A DNA stretch of 32,000 nucleotides from Flavobacteriaceae bacterium (GCA_965224465.1 OZ245049.1:1920001-1952000), one strand, 5' to 3'. Counted from the stretch's first letter, positions 7,543 to 16,397 are shown. Made by a program: numbers and translations. The notes: generated from the sequence alone by a model not told the origin.

Positions 7543-8901
7543 ATGAAAACATTGAATATAAAAAAAATAATTTCAATAGGGATGTTATGCCTTAGCATTT
7601 CTATAAGTGCCCAAACATTAAGTTACAACGACATGGGCGTTTTACTAAGCGATCAACACATAAATGGAACAGCAAGATTTAATGCCTTGAGTGGTGCCTT
7701 TGGAGCTTTAGGAGGAGACCTCTCTGCTATTGATGTAAATCCTGCGGGAGCTGCAGTCTTTAAAAACAGCGAACTGGCCGCTTCCCTAAACTTTAGAAAT
7801 AACACAACCCTTACAAATTTCTACGGGAATACTATCAATAACGAAAACGAATACACGCATATCTCTCAAGCTGGAGCTGTCTTTGTTTTTAACACAAATA
7901 CGCAATCTGACTGGAAAAACTTAGTTTTAGGCTTCAATTATAGCAGAGCAAACGAATTTGAAAATAACTGGGTAACAAAAGGAAACAGTAAAAACCCCAC
8001 TTGGACTGGGGATGAAAAAATCGATAAATCCTTCCCCTACACAGAAAGTTATGGTCAAAAATTTTCAAACTTTACAAAAGGAGAAAATACACGTTATACC
8101 TTTTCTATAGCCTCTCAATTAAAGGATATTTACTATTTCGGAGCCTCGCTTAATAGTTATGATGTAGATTTCTACCAACAAACTCAATTGAAAGAATCTA
8201 ACCATGACGGGAAAGGCAACAAACTAGACGCTTCGCTATCCCAACAACTAAGTACCTATGGAGATGGGGTTTCTATCAGCCTAGGAGTAATTGCAAAACC
8301 TATCAAAAATTTACGTCTAGGATTGTCTTATCAATCTCCAATCTGGTACAGCTTATCAGAAGATTTTATCAAAGAAGATTCTGAATTAAAATACAGCAAT
8401 ACAGGAGGTAGATTAGCCCACTATTCTGGAGTTAATAATTTCTCATACAAGGTAAGAACTCCAAGTAAAATAACAGGAAGCACTGCTTATGTATTTAACA
8501 AATACGGTCTTTTAAGTATTGATTATATTTACACCAACTACAGCAACATTAATTTCCAAGACAATGATTTTATAGATGAAAATAATGCAGTTAAAAACGA
8601 ATTAAAAGGAACTTCTGAAGTACGTATTGGTACAGAATGGCGCTTTGACAGCCTATCCATTAGAGGAGGGTATCACATGCAACAAAACCCATACAAATCT
8701 GCACTATCCTCTGATGACATTAGTGGTTTTTCGCTTGGGGCAGGATTTAATTTTAGAGGTTTTAAACTTGACATTGCCTATCAAAAAGACACGAACACTG
8801 CTGCTTACAACTTTTACCCAGAAAAAGAGTACAACATTAACTCAACAGAATTAGATATAGATACTTCAAAAATAACAGCAACACTGACTATTAAAATATA
8901 A
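7543..8901 (+). CDS. outer-membrane beta-barrel protein, FadL/TodX/PorV-like (function unknown)
   Basis: 452 aa with a signal peptide (...CLSISISAQT). The N-terminal GTARFNALSGAFGALGGDLSAIDVNPAGAAVF motif resembles the FadL/PorV-type plug segment (G..a.G.a....a...NPA). The rest shows alternating beta-strand patterning with many aromatic girdle residues. It starts 45 nt after the lipoprotein gene on the same strand. Confidence 0.7.
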   Translation: MKTLNIKKIISIGMLCLSISISAQTLSYNDMGVLLSDQHINGTARFNALSGAFGALGGDLSAIDVNPAGAAVFKNSELAASLNFRNNTTLTNFYGNTINNENEYTHISQAGAVFVFNTNTQSDWKNLVLGFNYSRANEFENNWVTKGNSKNPTWTGDEKIDKSFPYTESYGQKFSNFTKGENTRYTFSIASQLKDIYYFGASLNSYDVDFYQQTQLKESNHDGKGNKLDASLSQQLSTYGDGVSISLGVIAKPIKNLRLGLSYQSPIWYSLSEDFIKEDSELKYSNTGGRLAHYSGVNNFSYKVRTPSKITGSTAYVFNKYGLLSIDYIYTNYSNINFQDNDFIDENNAVKNELKGTSEVRIGTEWRFDSLSIRGGYHMQQNPYKSALSSDDISGFSLGAGFNFRGFKLDIAYQKDTNTAAYNFYPEKEYNINSTELDIDTSKITATLTIKI

Positions 8902-8978
8902 GTATGATGTATTATGTATGATGTATGATGTATGATGTATGATGTATGATGTATGATGTATGATGTATGATGTATGAA
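8902..8978 (+). repeat. heptanucleotide tandem repeat (GTATGAT) x 11 (9 perfect, 2 variant units)
   Basis: Read directly: GTATGAT GTATTAT, then GTATGAT x8, then GTATGAA. It starts at the base after the TAA stop (8899-8901) and ends 10 nt before the terminator stem. Confidence 0.95.
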
Positions 8979-8988
8979 ATTTATAAAT

Positions 8989-9023
8989 AAAAGCCGAACA
9001 ACAAGACTGTTGTTCGGCTTTTT
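8989..9023 (+). terminator. rho-independent terminator of the lipoprotein/OMP unit
   Basis: GCCGAACAACA (8993-9003), loop AGAC, TGTTGTTCGGC (9008-9018), followed by TTTTT. A-residues upstream extend the stem. Confidence 0.85.
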
Positions 9024-9078
9024 AAGTTTCAAACTTAAGCTCTTATACAATTACAATCCAAGTATAACCGATACAATT

Positions 9079-9222
9079 AGTTTATTTTACGTTCTAGCGT
9101 TGTTAACAAATAGAACGATAGCTAAGCTATCCTTAGATTTTCCGCCTAGCTAAAACAAAAAATAATTCCATTTCTAAACCATCACTTAGAAGTGCATTTG
9201 GTATCCTACATAAACCATTGAT
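9079..9222 (+). repeat. dispersed intergenic repeat, copy B (long form, ~145 nt; core 9167-9204)
   Basis: Aligns along its whole length with 28663-28805 (by-eye identity roughly three quarters). Example: AGTTTATTTTACGTTCTAGCGTTGTTAACAAATAGAACGATAGCTAAGCTATCCTTAGATTTTCCGCCTAGCTAAAAC... versus AGTTTGTTTTAGGTTCTTGTGTTGTTAAAAAACAGACCGATAACTAAGGCTATCCTAAGAATTTTCACCTAGCTAAAAT... Confidence 0.85.
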
Positions 9223-9384
9223 AATAAAAGCAGTTCGGATTCAAAGAAAGTAGCCTAAAAACTGTGTGTTTCCCAGTATTATATCAACATAACGGGTATA
9301 AACAGTTTCTTTTTTGTTCTTAAAAGACAGAGATATATTACTATATTTCCATTCTGGATCAACAAAAAAACAACTGCATTTACA

Positions 9385-12300
9385 CTACTTTTTACGTCGT
9401 ATCAAACTAAAATTACCTTTAACAATTTTAACGTTTCCTTTCAAGTCAATCAACGTAACTACATACCAATAATCAGAAGAGGACACGCGATAGCCATTAA
9501 AACTACCATCCCATCCAATATCATTATCGTCAAAAGTTATTAATAATTTTCCAAATCTATCAAACACAGAAACTGTTGCTTTTGAATACATGGTTTTACT
9601 GAGTCCTTTGATATTCCAATAATCGTTATACCCATCGTTATTTGGAGTAAAAAACTTAGGAAAACCTAATACATATAATTCAATCTGAGAAATACCGCAC
9701 AAATTTTTATCCCTCACATATAATACGTGAATACCTGGGGCTACATTCCTAAGATAGGGCTCGTCTTGATACGCCCCGTCAATATCATTCAATACATATT
9801 CATAGTCTCCTTTACCAAGCATTGAAACATCAACACGTATACTATTATTCCGATTACTATCTTCCACAGTAATGCCAGCCAAAGTTAAGCTAGCTTTTTC
9901 AGACTCCTTTACTGTGATTGTTTTAGGAGTAGATTCACAACCAGAAATATTAATTGCAACCACTATATAATCGCCCCCTTTATGTACATCAATAGAAGTT
10001 CCAGTTCCCAAAACCGTTCCTTTTTTATCCTTCCATTTATACGTAAGCAACGGATCTATATTCTGTACCCAAATAGTTTTCGGTAAATTATCTAAACACA
10101 AAACTGATTGAGCATCTACACGTACTTTTGGCACTTTATTCACAATTAACTTAATATGAGGTCCAAACCCAATACAATCATTATTCAATTCAGAATCCAC
10201 CCGTACATAAATATCTTGTTCATTTGGGTATCCTATATTTCTATAATTGGAAGGATCTTGAATTCTATTTTCTTCTGCCAAAGCATCTGCTTCATTTCTA
10301 TAGTAAGAAATAATTGTTTTTTGCCCTGCTGGAAAAAAACCACCGACCTTGATTTCTGCCTCTACACTAGAAAAATCAAATACAGACACACCGTTGGCAT
10401 TGTCACCATCTGCAATATCATCACAGCTTTTAAATATTCTTTTAAAAGTCGCTGGAATCTGTGTGGCAGAAACGATTAGATCTACTTGCGCAATTCTATA
10501 ACAGCCCTTTTTGGAGATTACCCGAGACCAAACTGTTTGAAAACCACTCGTAAAAACGGTTGGATTAGGGATTAAATTAACATCTTTTTCAGCATCCTCT
10601 TTCTTTAAATAATATCGAAATGTTTCATTTTTATAATTAGACGACAATTTAGAATTTGCTTCATATAAATTAAAATCACTCACTCTATCAGAATCATCAT
10701 CACACTGACTAAGGGTTATACTATTATTTACCATCGGCAGAGCGTAGACAACTAGATTAAAAGCAGTACTTCCAGTACAGGCATCATAAGCTCCTATCAT
10801 TTTTACATAAATAGTTTCTGAGCCTACCGTTTTATTAACATAGGTAGTAGGATTCGAAATTTTACCTGTCAATGTCATTGCTGCATCGGTATAATACATC
10901 AACGTAAAACCTGTATTCTGTCCATTCAAAATTTCCGTTGCACGCTCGGTTAAATCAAATATTATTTTCCCATCTGCGTCCGTCCCAAACGTTGTATTAT
11001 CACAATAAGACAAATCAGTAATAGCTGTACTCTTTTTGGGATGTGCTGTAGGATGGACATTTAGTTTAAAAGGCATTACTTTAAAACAATCCGTCTTCTT
11101 CTTATTCTGAATTCTCATCCAAATAGTTTCTGATATCAAAGAATTTGAATAGCTTCCTGTAATTTTATTGGACAATGCATTTGCATCAGACTCTAATCTG
11201 AAATAAAATATTTCAAACACAGATAAAGACTGTCCATTTAACACTTCTGTATCTTTCAAACTAGAAAAGTCAAAACTATAAACCCCATCATTATCATCGT
11301 CGCATTGATTGATATCAGTAAGTACAGAGACAGACGGAATTTCTTGTACATTAACAATAAAAGAAGTACTCGAATAGCAATCCGCAGTTAAATCATTGCG
11401 CATTTTTACGTAGATTGTTTGACTTCCAGCAACAGTGTTTTTGAAATTTACAGGGTTTACAATTTGGGACAGCGCCGTCATTAAAGGGTCTGTATAAAAC
11501 GCTAAACTAAAGCCTGTATTCTGACCATTTAAGATAACGGTAGATCGCAGTGTTAAATCAAAAATCACAAATCCGTCATCGCTTGTCCCTACACTGCTAT
11601 TATCACAAATATCAATCGCAGGAATATCCGCTTTGTTTTTCGGAAATGCTCCTTCAAATAATTTTATTTCAAAAGACGTCTTATCATAACACTGTGGCGA
11701 TTTCTTATTTTCTAAGCGCGCCCAAATAATTTCAGTAGCATTTGTATTGGTATAACTTGCCGCGGTTAAAACATTGGTATTTGCATCTAAATCGGCTTCT
11801 GTAGGAAAGTACCTCACTTGAAAAGTAGTCGCAGACTGACCGTTTAGGAGTATCTTATCATGCACCGTCAAGTCAAAAGAAAAAGTACCATTATTATCTG
11901 TATCACATTCAATAAGTGTAGAAACAGTTGTAGCAATCGTGGGTTTTGCTGCAAACTCAACAACAATACTCCCCTCCATAATACATTTACTACTCAATTC
12001 AACCTCTAGCTTATATGTACCCGCATCTACAACATCGTAGTTCACATCATTTGCCCCAATAATATCTACAAATAAAGTTCCGTTGAATTTTTTCCATTGA
12101 AATTTACCTAAACTCAACTCCTGCTCCGATTTTAATGTAATTACTTCACCTTTACAGGCAGCATTCCCATCAGACACCGTCAAATCATCTCCAATATCAA
12201 TTCCTAGATTAAAACTCCCTGCTTCTAAAAAAACAGCGGAATCATAAGCCGCATCTTTTCTATCCGCAATCACCAATTTCATGGTATATACCTTATTAGG

Positions 12301-13101
12301 AACCACGGCTATTTCTACTTTTAACACCTTGGTTTGCGCATTAAACTGAACGGCTGACATATTAGCCACTGTAGTTCCAACAGGGCTATTTGTTTTATAA
12401 TACTGCGGATAAGCTGTCTGAGGAGTACACAAAACATTATTATATATTGTCCCTACACTCACTGGCGTATTCGTAGTTGGAATTAATGCAATGTTTTTCC
12501 ATTCATTAGACTGCCCTACAAACTCAGTATCTGGAGTGATCCCTGGTCCTTTTATTAAAAATGCAAAACCGTCTTGCACCTTGCTTCCTGGACATTCATA
12601 TTCACCACTTTCCCATTCTTCAGAAGCAAACACGTAGTTAAACGTAACTCTATCATTTTTTGGTGTAAATTCAAATTCGATAAAGGTAGCATTTCTTGTA
12701 ACCTGATCATCCCCAAACCTGTTATCAAGAATACTTTTGAGATCATCATCCCCAGGCCAAGTTTTATCCCCTCCACTTGTATTAGTCAAATTGTTTGGCC
12801 CTTTTACAGTAGCCACATCTCCCGTGCTTAAAACAATACCTTTCGAAAAAGGAAACCCTGTATTGGTATTGGTAAAATAGCCATAGCTTTTAAAGCCCGT
12901 CTGATTCTCTCCTGACTTAAAGTTACTCACCGTTGCACAACCTCCACTAATCAATACATTTTCTATGAGTTCTGGAAGTGAATTCCCAGATTCCGGAGCC
13001 CCTGAAGGATTTACAACAATAGCTTGTGCATGTAACAATGACAGTGTAAAAAACATTGCTACAAGAACAAGTCCTTTCCTAAAATTAAAAATATTATCCA
13101 T
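9385..13101 (-). CDS. large secreted cell-surface protein / putative adhesin with a T9SS type-B C-terminal sorting domain
   Basis: 1238 aa with a signal peptide (...LSLLHAQA). The N-terminal region resembles choice-of-anchor-L type domains. Six internal ~90-100-aa repeats (nt ~10141-11911) each start with a CD(D/N/T)xxxG motif and contain FDL...ILNGQ...Y(Y/F). The C-terminal ~90 aa (FFTPNNDGYNDYWNIKG...WDGSFNG...DYWYVV) is the gliding-motility-associated type-B CTD signature. Confidence 0.85.
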   Translation of the reverse strand: MDNIFNFRKGLVLVAMFFTLSLLHAQAIVVNPSGAPESGNSLPELIENVLISGGCATVSNFKSGENQTGFKSYGYFTNTNTGFPFSKGIVLSTGDVATVKGPNNLTNTSGGDKTWPGDDDLKSILDNRFGDDQVTRNATFIEFEFTPKNDRVTFNYVFASEEWESGEYECPGSKVQDGFAFLIKGPGITPDTEFVGQSNEWKNIALIPTTNTPVSVGTIYNNVLCTPQTAYPQYYKTNSPVGTTVANMSAVQFNAQTKVLKVEIAVVPNKVYTMKLVIADRKDAAYDSAVFLEAGSFNLGIDIGDDLTVSDGNAACKGEVITLKSEQELSLGKFQWKKFNGTLFVDIIGANDVNYDVVDAGTYKLEVELSSKCIMEGSIVVEFAAKPTIATTVSTLIECDTDNNGTFSFDLTVHDKILLNGQSATTFQVRYFPTEADLDANTNVLTAASYTNTNATEIIWARLENKKSPQCYDKTSFEIKLFEGAFPKNKADIPAIDICDNSSVGTSDDGFVIFDLTLRSTVILNGQNTGFSLAFYTDPLMTALSQIVNPVNFKNTVAGSQTIYVKMRNDLTADCYSSTSFIVNVQEIPSVSVLTDINQCDDDNDGVYSFDFSSLKDTEVLNGQSLSVFEIFYFRLESDANALSNKITGSYSNSLISETIWMRIQNKKKTDCFKVMPFKLNVHPTAHPKKSTAITDLSYCDNTTFGTDADGKIIFDLTERATEILNGQNTGFTLMYYTDAAMTLTGKISNPTTYVNKTVGSETIYVKMIGAYDACTGSTAFNLVVYALPMVNNSITLSQCDDDSDRVSDFNLYEANSKLSSNYKNETFRYYLKKEDAEKDVNLIPNPTVFTSGFQTVWSRVISKKGCYRIAQVDLIVSATQIPATFKRIFKSCDDIADGDNANGVSVFDFSSVEAEIKVGGFFPAGQKTIISYYRNEADALAEENRIQDPSNYRNIGYPNEQDIYVRVDSELNNDCIGFGPHIKLIVNKVPKVRVDAQSVLCLDNLPKTIWVQNIDPLLTYKWKDKKGTVLGTGTSIDVHKGGDYIVVAINISGCESTPKTITVKESEKASLTLAGITVEDSNRNNSIRVDVSMLGKGDYEYVLNDIDGAYQDEPYLRNVAPGIHVLYVRDKNLCGISQIELYVLGFPKFFTPNNDGYNDYWNIKGLSKTMYSKATVSVFDRFGKLLITFDDNDIGWDGSFNGYRVSSSDYWYVVTLIDLKGNVKIVKGNFSLIRRKK

Positions 13102-13190
13102 TTAAGTTCTCTCTCTTTTTATAACAACGACACAAAGTACAAAAATATTACCTTTTCTTTTAGTACTTTTGTCCAAACATTTAACAAAAG

Positions 13191-14078
13191 ATGAGCAATT
13201 ATAAATTCACCATAGAAAACACAACACAAGATAGCATTATTAAATTCACTACAACTAAGGCACTTACTAGTGGGAGTTTCCAATACAACAACATAGATGA
13301 TGCGAAAGCGTCTCCCTTATCCCAGCAATTATTTCATTTGCCTTTTGTAAAGCGAATTTTTATAACTGCAAATTTTATAGCTATTGAGCGCTACGACATT
13401 ATCCAATGGGCAGATGTTCAAGAAGAGGTCAAAGAACAAATAGAAGCCTATTTAAATAATAATGGTAGCTTAATTGAAGAAACTGTTACTAAAAAAGTAG
13501 CCATTGAAGTATATGCTGAATCTACGCCAAACCCAGAAGTCCGAAAATTTGTAACAAACAAGTTACTAACAGATGTAGATGTTGAATGTAAAAACAGCAA
13601 CGAGACTGCAAATGCACCTATTGCAGTTGAATTATTTACATTTCCATTTGTAAAACAAATTTTTATTTCTGAAAACTATATTTCCATTACAAAAACTACA
13701 GAAAGCAACTGGGACGATGTAACTTTTGAAACCAGAGATTTTATCAGACAATATATCGCAGATGGCAAGCATGTAGTTTCAATTATTGAAAATGTAACCA
13801 CTTCTTCTACTCCAGAATTAAACACGGAGGATTTGGATGAGACATCACTAAAAATCATCAGCATCTTGGACGAATACATAAAACCAGCTGTTGCATCAGA
13901 CGGAGGAAATATTGCTTTTGAATCTTACAATCCTGAAACCAAAGTAGTGAAAGTTATTTTACAAGGAGCTTGCAGTGGATGCCCTTCTTCTACCATGACT
14001 TTAAAAAGCGGTATAGAAAACACCTTAAAACAATTAATCCCAGGAAAAGTATCTGAAGTGATTGCAATCAATCAATAA
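13191..14078 (+). CDS. NifU/Nfu-family Fe-S cluster assembly protein (two Nfu_N-like modules plus a NifU C-terminal CxxC domain)
   Basis: Two related N-terminal modules (...LPFVKRIFITANFIAIER... and ...FPFVKQIFISENYISITK...). C-terminal domain with KPAVASDGGNIAF...LQGACSGCPSSTMTLKSGIE. A TACTTTTG -7-like box lies at 13164-13171. Confidence 0.85.
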   Translation: MSNYKFTIENTTQDSIIKFTTTKALTSGSFQYNNIDDAKASPLSQQLFHLPFVKRIFITANFIAIERYDIIQWADVQEEVKEQIEAYLNNNGSLIEETVTKKVAIEVYAESTPNPEVRKFVTNKLLTDVDVECKNSNETANAPIAVELFTFPFVKQIFISENYISITKTTESNWDDVTFETRDFIRQYIADGKHVVSIIENVTTSSTPELNTEDLDETSLKIISILDEYIKPAVASDGGNIAFESYNPETKVVKVILQGACSGCPSSTMTLKSGIENTLKQLIPGKVSEVIAINQ

Positions 14079-14139
14079 CAATTATTTCAATTCAACCATT
14101 AAATACTCTCCAACGCTACAATAAAGCACTTTTAAAATC

Positions 14140-14868
14140 ATGCCTAAAAAAGTAACACCTTATAAAGATTCCTCTCTAGGAAAAAAAGAACAAGTCACAA
14201 AAATGTTTGATACTATTTCAGGAAATTACGATGGTCTTAACCGCGTAATTTCGTTTGGAATAGACATTAAGTGGCGTAAAAAAGTAGTTGAAATAATCGC
14301 TAAAACCAACCCTGAAAAGGTGTTAGATATTGCTACAGGAACAGCAGATCTGGCTATCAACCTAGTAAAAACTAATGCTTCGACCATTATAGGGTTGGAC
14401 ATATCTCCAGGAATGCTTGCGGTCGGAAAACAGAAAGTAGCACGACTAAATTTAGAAGAAAAAATAACATTGGTCTTAGGTGATGGAGAAAAATTACCTT
14501 TTGAAAACAATCAATTCGATGCAATTACGGTGGCATTTGGAGTGCGTAATTTCGAAAACTTAGAACAAGGACTGTCGGAAATTTTACGTGTATTAAAGCC
14601 TGGAGGAATTTTTGTGGTTTTAGAAACAAGCGTACCTACCAAAACTCCGTTTAAACAAGGGTATCATTTTTATACCTCCAAAATAATGCCTTTGATTGGA
14701 AAAATTTTCTCTAAGGACGATTCAGCGTATAAATACTTATCGGATTCTGCACATGTTTTTCCATACGGGGAAAAGTTCAACAATATTTTACAGAAAATTG
14801 GGTTTATAGATATTGAAAATCATCCGCAAACCTTTGGGGTGGCATCAATTTATATTGCTAAAAAATAA
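14140..14868 (+). CDS. ubiE: demethylmenaquinone / ubiquinone-type C-methyltransferase UbiE/MenG
   Basis: MFDTISGNYDGLNRVISFGIDIKWRKK... and the SAM-binding motif VLDIATGTADLA, followed by LKPGG. Typical UbiE/MenG length (242 aa). Confidence 0.9.
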   Translation: MPKKVTPYKDSSLGKKEQVTKMFDTISGNYDGLNRVISFGIDIKWRKKVVEIIAKTNPEKVLDIATGTADLAINLVKTNASTIIGLDISPGMLAVGKQKVARLNLEEKITLVLGDGEKLPFENNQFDAITVAFGVRNFENLEQGLSEILRVLKPGGIFVVLETSVPTKTPFKQGYHFYTSKIMPLIGKIFSKDDSAYKYLSDSAHVFPYGEKFNNILQKIGFIDIENHPQTFGVASIYIAKK

Positions 14869-14871
14869 GCT

Positions 14872-15564
14872 ATGTCTAAAAATCTACTATTGATATTCGT
14901 ATTCATCTTTGGAATCCAAACAGTTTTTGGACAAAAAAAAGTGATAGAACACCTTCAAAACTGGGACAATCAAAAAGTGTATTGGGGTTTTTACTTAGGA
15001 GTTAATAAAAAAGATTACAAAATCACCTATAAAACTGAAAATGTTTATATTCACTCAGAATCTACACCTGGATTTAACGTAGGCTTAATTGGTGATTTAA
15101 AGTTACATAAAAACATAAGCCTCCGATTGGAACCAGGACTTTCTAGTAATTCTAAAAAATTGTATTTCACCAACATTCCCGGAGGAGAAAAAGACAGTTT
15201 AAGAACCTTAAGTTCAACCTATCTAAGGTTTCCTTTATTGTTAAAATTTAGCACCAATAGATTTAAAAACATAAGACCTTATTTAATTGGTGGAGTATCT
15301 TATGATTACAACTTCTCTAGCAATCAAGACAATCCCGAAGACAATTTTGAAGGTGAATTTCGCATGAAAAAAAACAATTTCACCTACGAAGTAGGCGTTG
15401 GAATTGACATCTACTTATATTATTTTGTATTTTCCCCCTCTATAAGAGGTGTTTTTGCAATAAATAACGAACTCGTGCGAGACAATAAATCCAATAGCCC
15501 ATGGACAGGTCCAATAGATAATTTAGGGACAAGAGGCGTTTTTCTCAAACTGGCATTTCATTAA
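14872..15564 (+). CDS. PorT/SprT-family small outer-membrane beta-barrel protein (T9SS-associated family)
   Basis: 230 aa with a signal peptide (...IQTVFGQ) and beta-barrel-like alternating pattern. It starts 3 nt after ubiE. I recall the ubiE-porT pairing from Bacteroidota, but I could not verify the family assignment without a search. Confidence 0.55.
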   Translation: MSKNLLLIFVFIFGIQTVFGQKKVIEHLQNWDNQKVYWGFYLGVNKKDYKITYKTENVYIHSESTPGFNVGLIGDLKLHKNISLRLEPGLSSNSKKLYFTNIPGGEKDSLRTLSSTYLRFPLLLKFSTNRFKNIRPYLIGGVSYDYNFSSNQDNPEDNFEGEFRMKKNNFTYEVGVGIDIYLYYFVFSPSIRGVFAINNELVRDNKSNSPWTGPIDNLGTRGVFLKLAFH

Positions 15565-16289
15565 CTAGTACGTTTAAACTCACTTAACAAAATAGCTGTA
15601 GCTGTAGCCACATTTAAACTTTCTGTTTGCTGACTTTTCCCAAACCTAGGAATGGTTACAAAATCTGAGATCACATTGGCTACATTTGCACTTATACCAT
15701 TCGCTTCGTTCCCCATTACCAATACAGCATCTGAAGGAAGCTTAGAAGCATATACATTTTCTCCATGCATATCTGCTGCAAAAACAGGAGACTTTACTTG
15801 TGATAAATATTCTACCAAATCTACATAGAGAACAGAAACCCTAGTAATAGATCCCATTGTAGACTGTATTACTTTCTGATTGTAACAATCCACAGTATCT
15901 AAAGAACAGACTATTTGTTCAATACCAAACCAATCACACAAACGAATAATAGTACCGAGATTCCCTGGGTCATTAATAGCATCCAGCCCCAGTATTACAC
16001 CGTGGTTACTTACTTTTTTAGGACTAGGAATTTCAAAGAGAGCCAGTACTTTATTTGGAGACTTAAGCTTGCTGATTTTTTTTAAATCACTTTCAGAAAT
16101 CTCTTCTACAACGCTCCCCAGCGCATGCACAAAATCACTTGTACAAAACAATTCTACGAGCTGTAGCTCCGAAGCCAATAACTCATTTACCACTTTAACT
16201 CCTTCTGCGACAAAAAGCCCCTGTTGTTTTCGATACTTTTTCTTATCTAAACTCGTTATTAATTTAATTTTCCCTTTTGATAAAGCCAT
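15561..16289 (-). CDS. TrmH/SpoU-family RNA 2'-O-methyltransferase
   Basis: 242 aa with SpoU motifs (LDAINDPGNLGTIIR, VLVMGNEANGIS, LNVATATAILLSE). Its stop overlaps the PorT-like gene stop (TTAA at 15561-15564). Confidence 0.8.
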   Translation of the reverse strand: MALSKGKIKLITSLDKKKYRKQQGLFVAEGVKVVNELLASELQLVELFCTSDFVHALGSVVEEISESDLKKISKLKSPNKVLALFEIPSPKKVSNHGVILGLDAINDPGNLGTIIRLCDWFGIEQIVCSLDTVDCYNQKVIQSTMGSITRVSVLYVDLVEYLSQVKSPVFAADMHGENVYASKLPSDAVLVMGNEANGISANVANVISDFVTIPRFGKSQQTESLNVATATAILLSEFKRTS

Positions 16290-16397
16290 AATTCACTGTA
16301 ATAATTAAGTCCCTTTAAGAACTGGATGCGAAATTAACAAAAAACAATTCTAAATGTGTATATTTAAAAATTGATATGAAAATGAAATGTCTTATTT

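Noticed and set aside
8814-9050. 78-aa minus-strand ORF with HHTSYII repeats
   Set aside because: The repeats are the translation of the heptanucleotide tandem repeat (21-nt periodicity). The ORF also spans the terminator hairpin and the 3' end of the barrel gene. It is not a gene.
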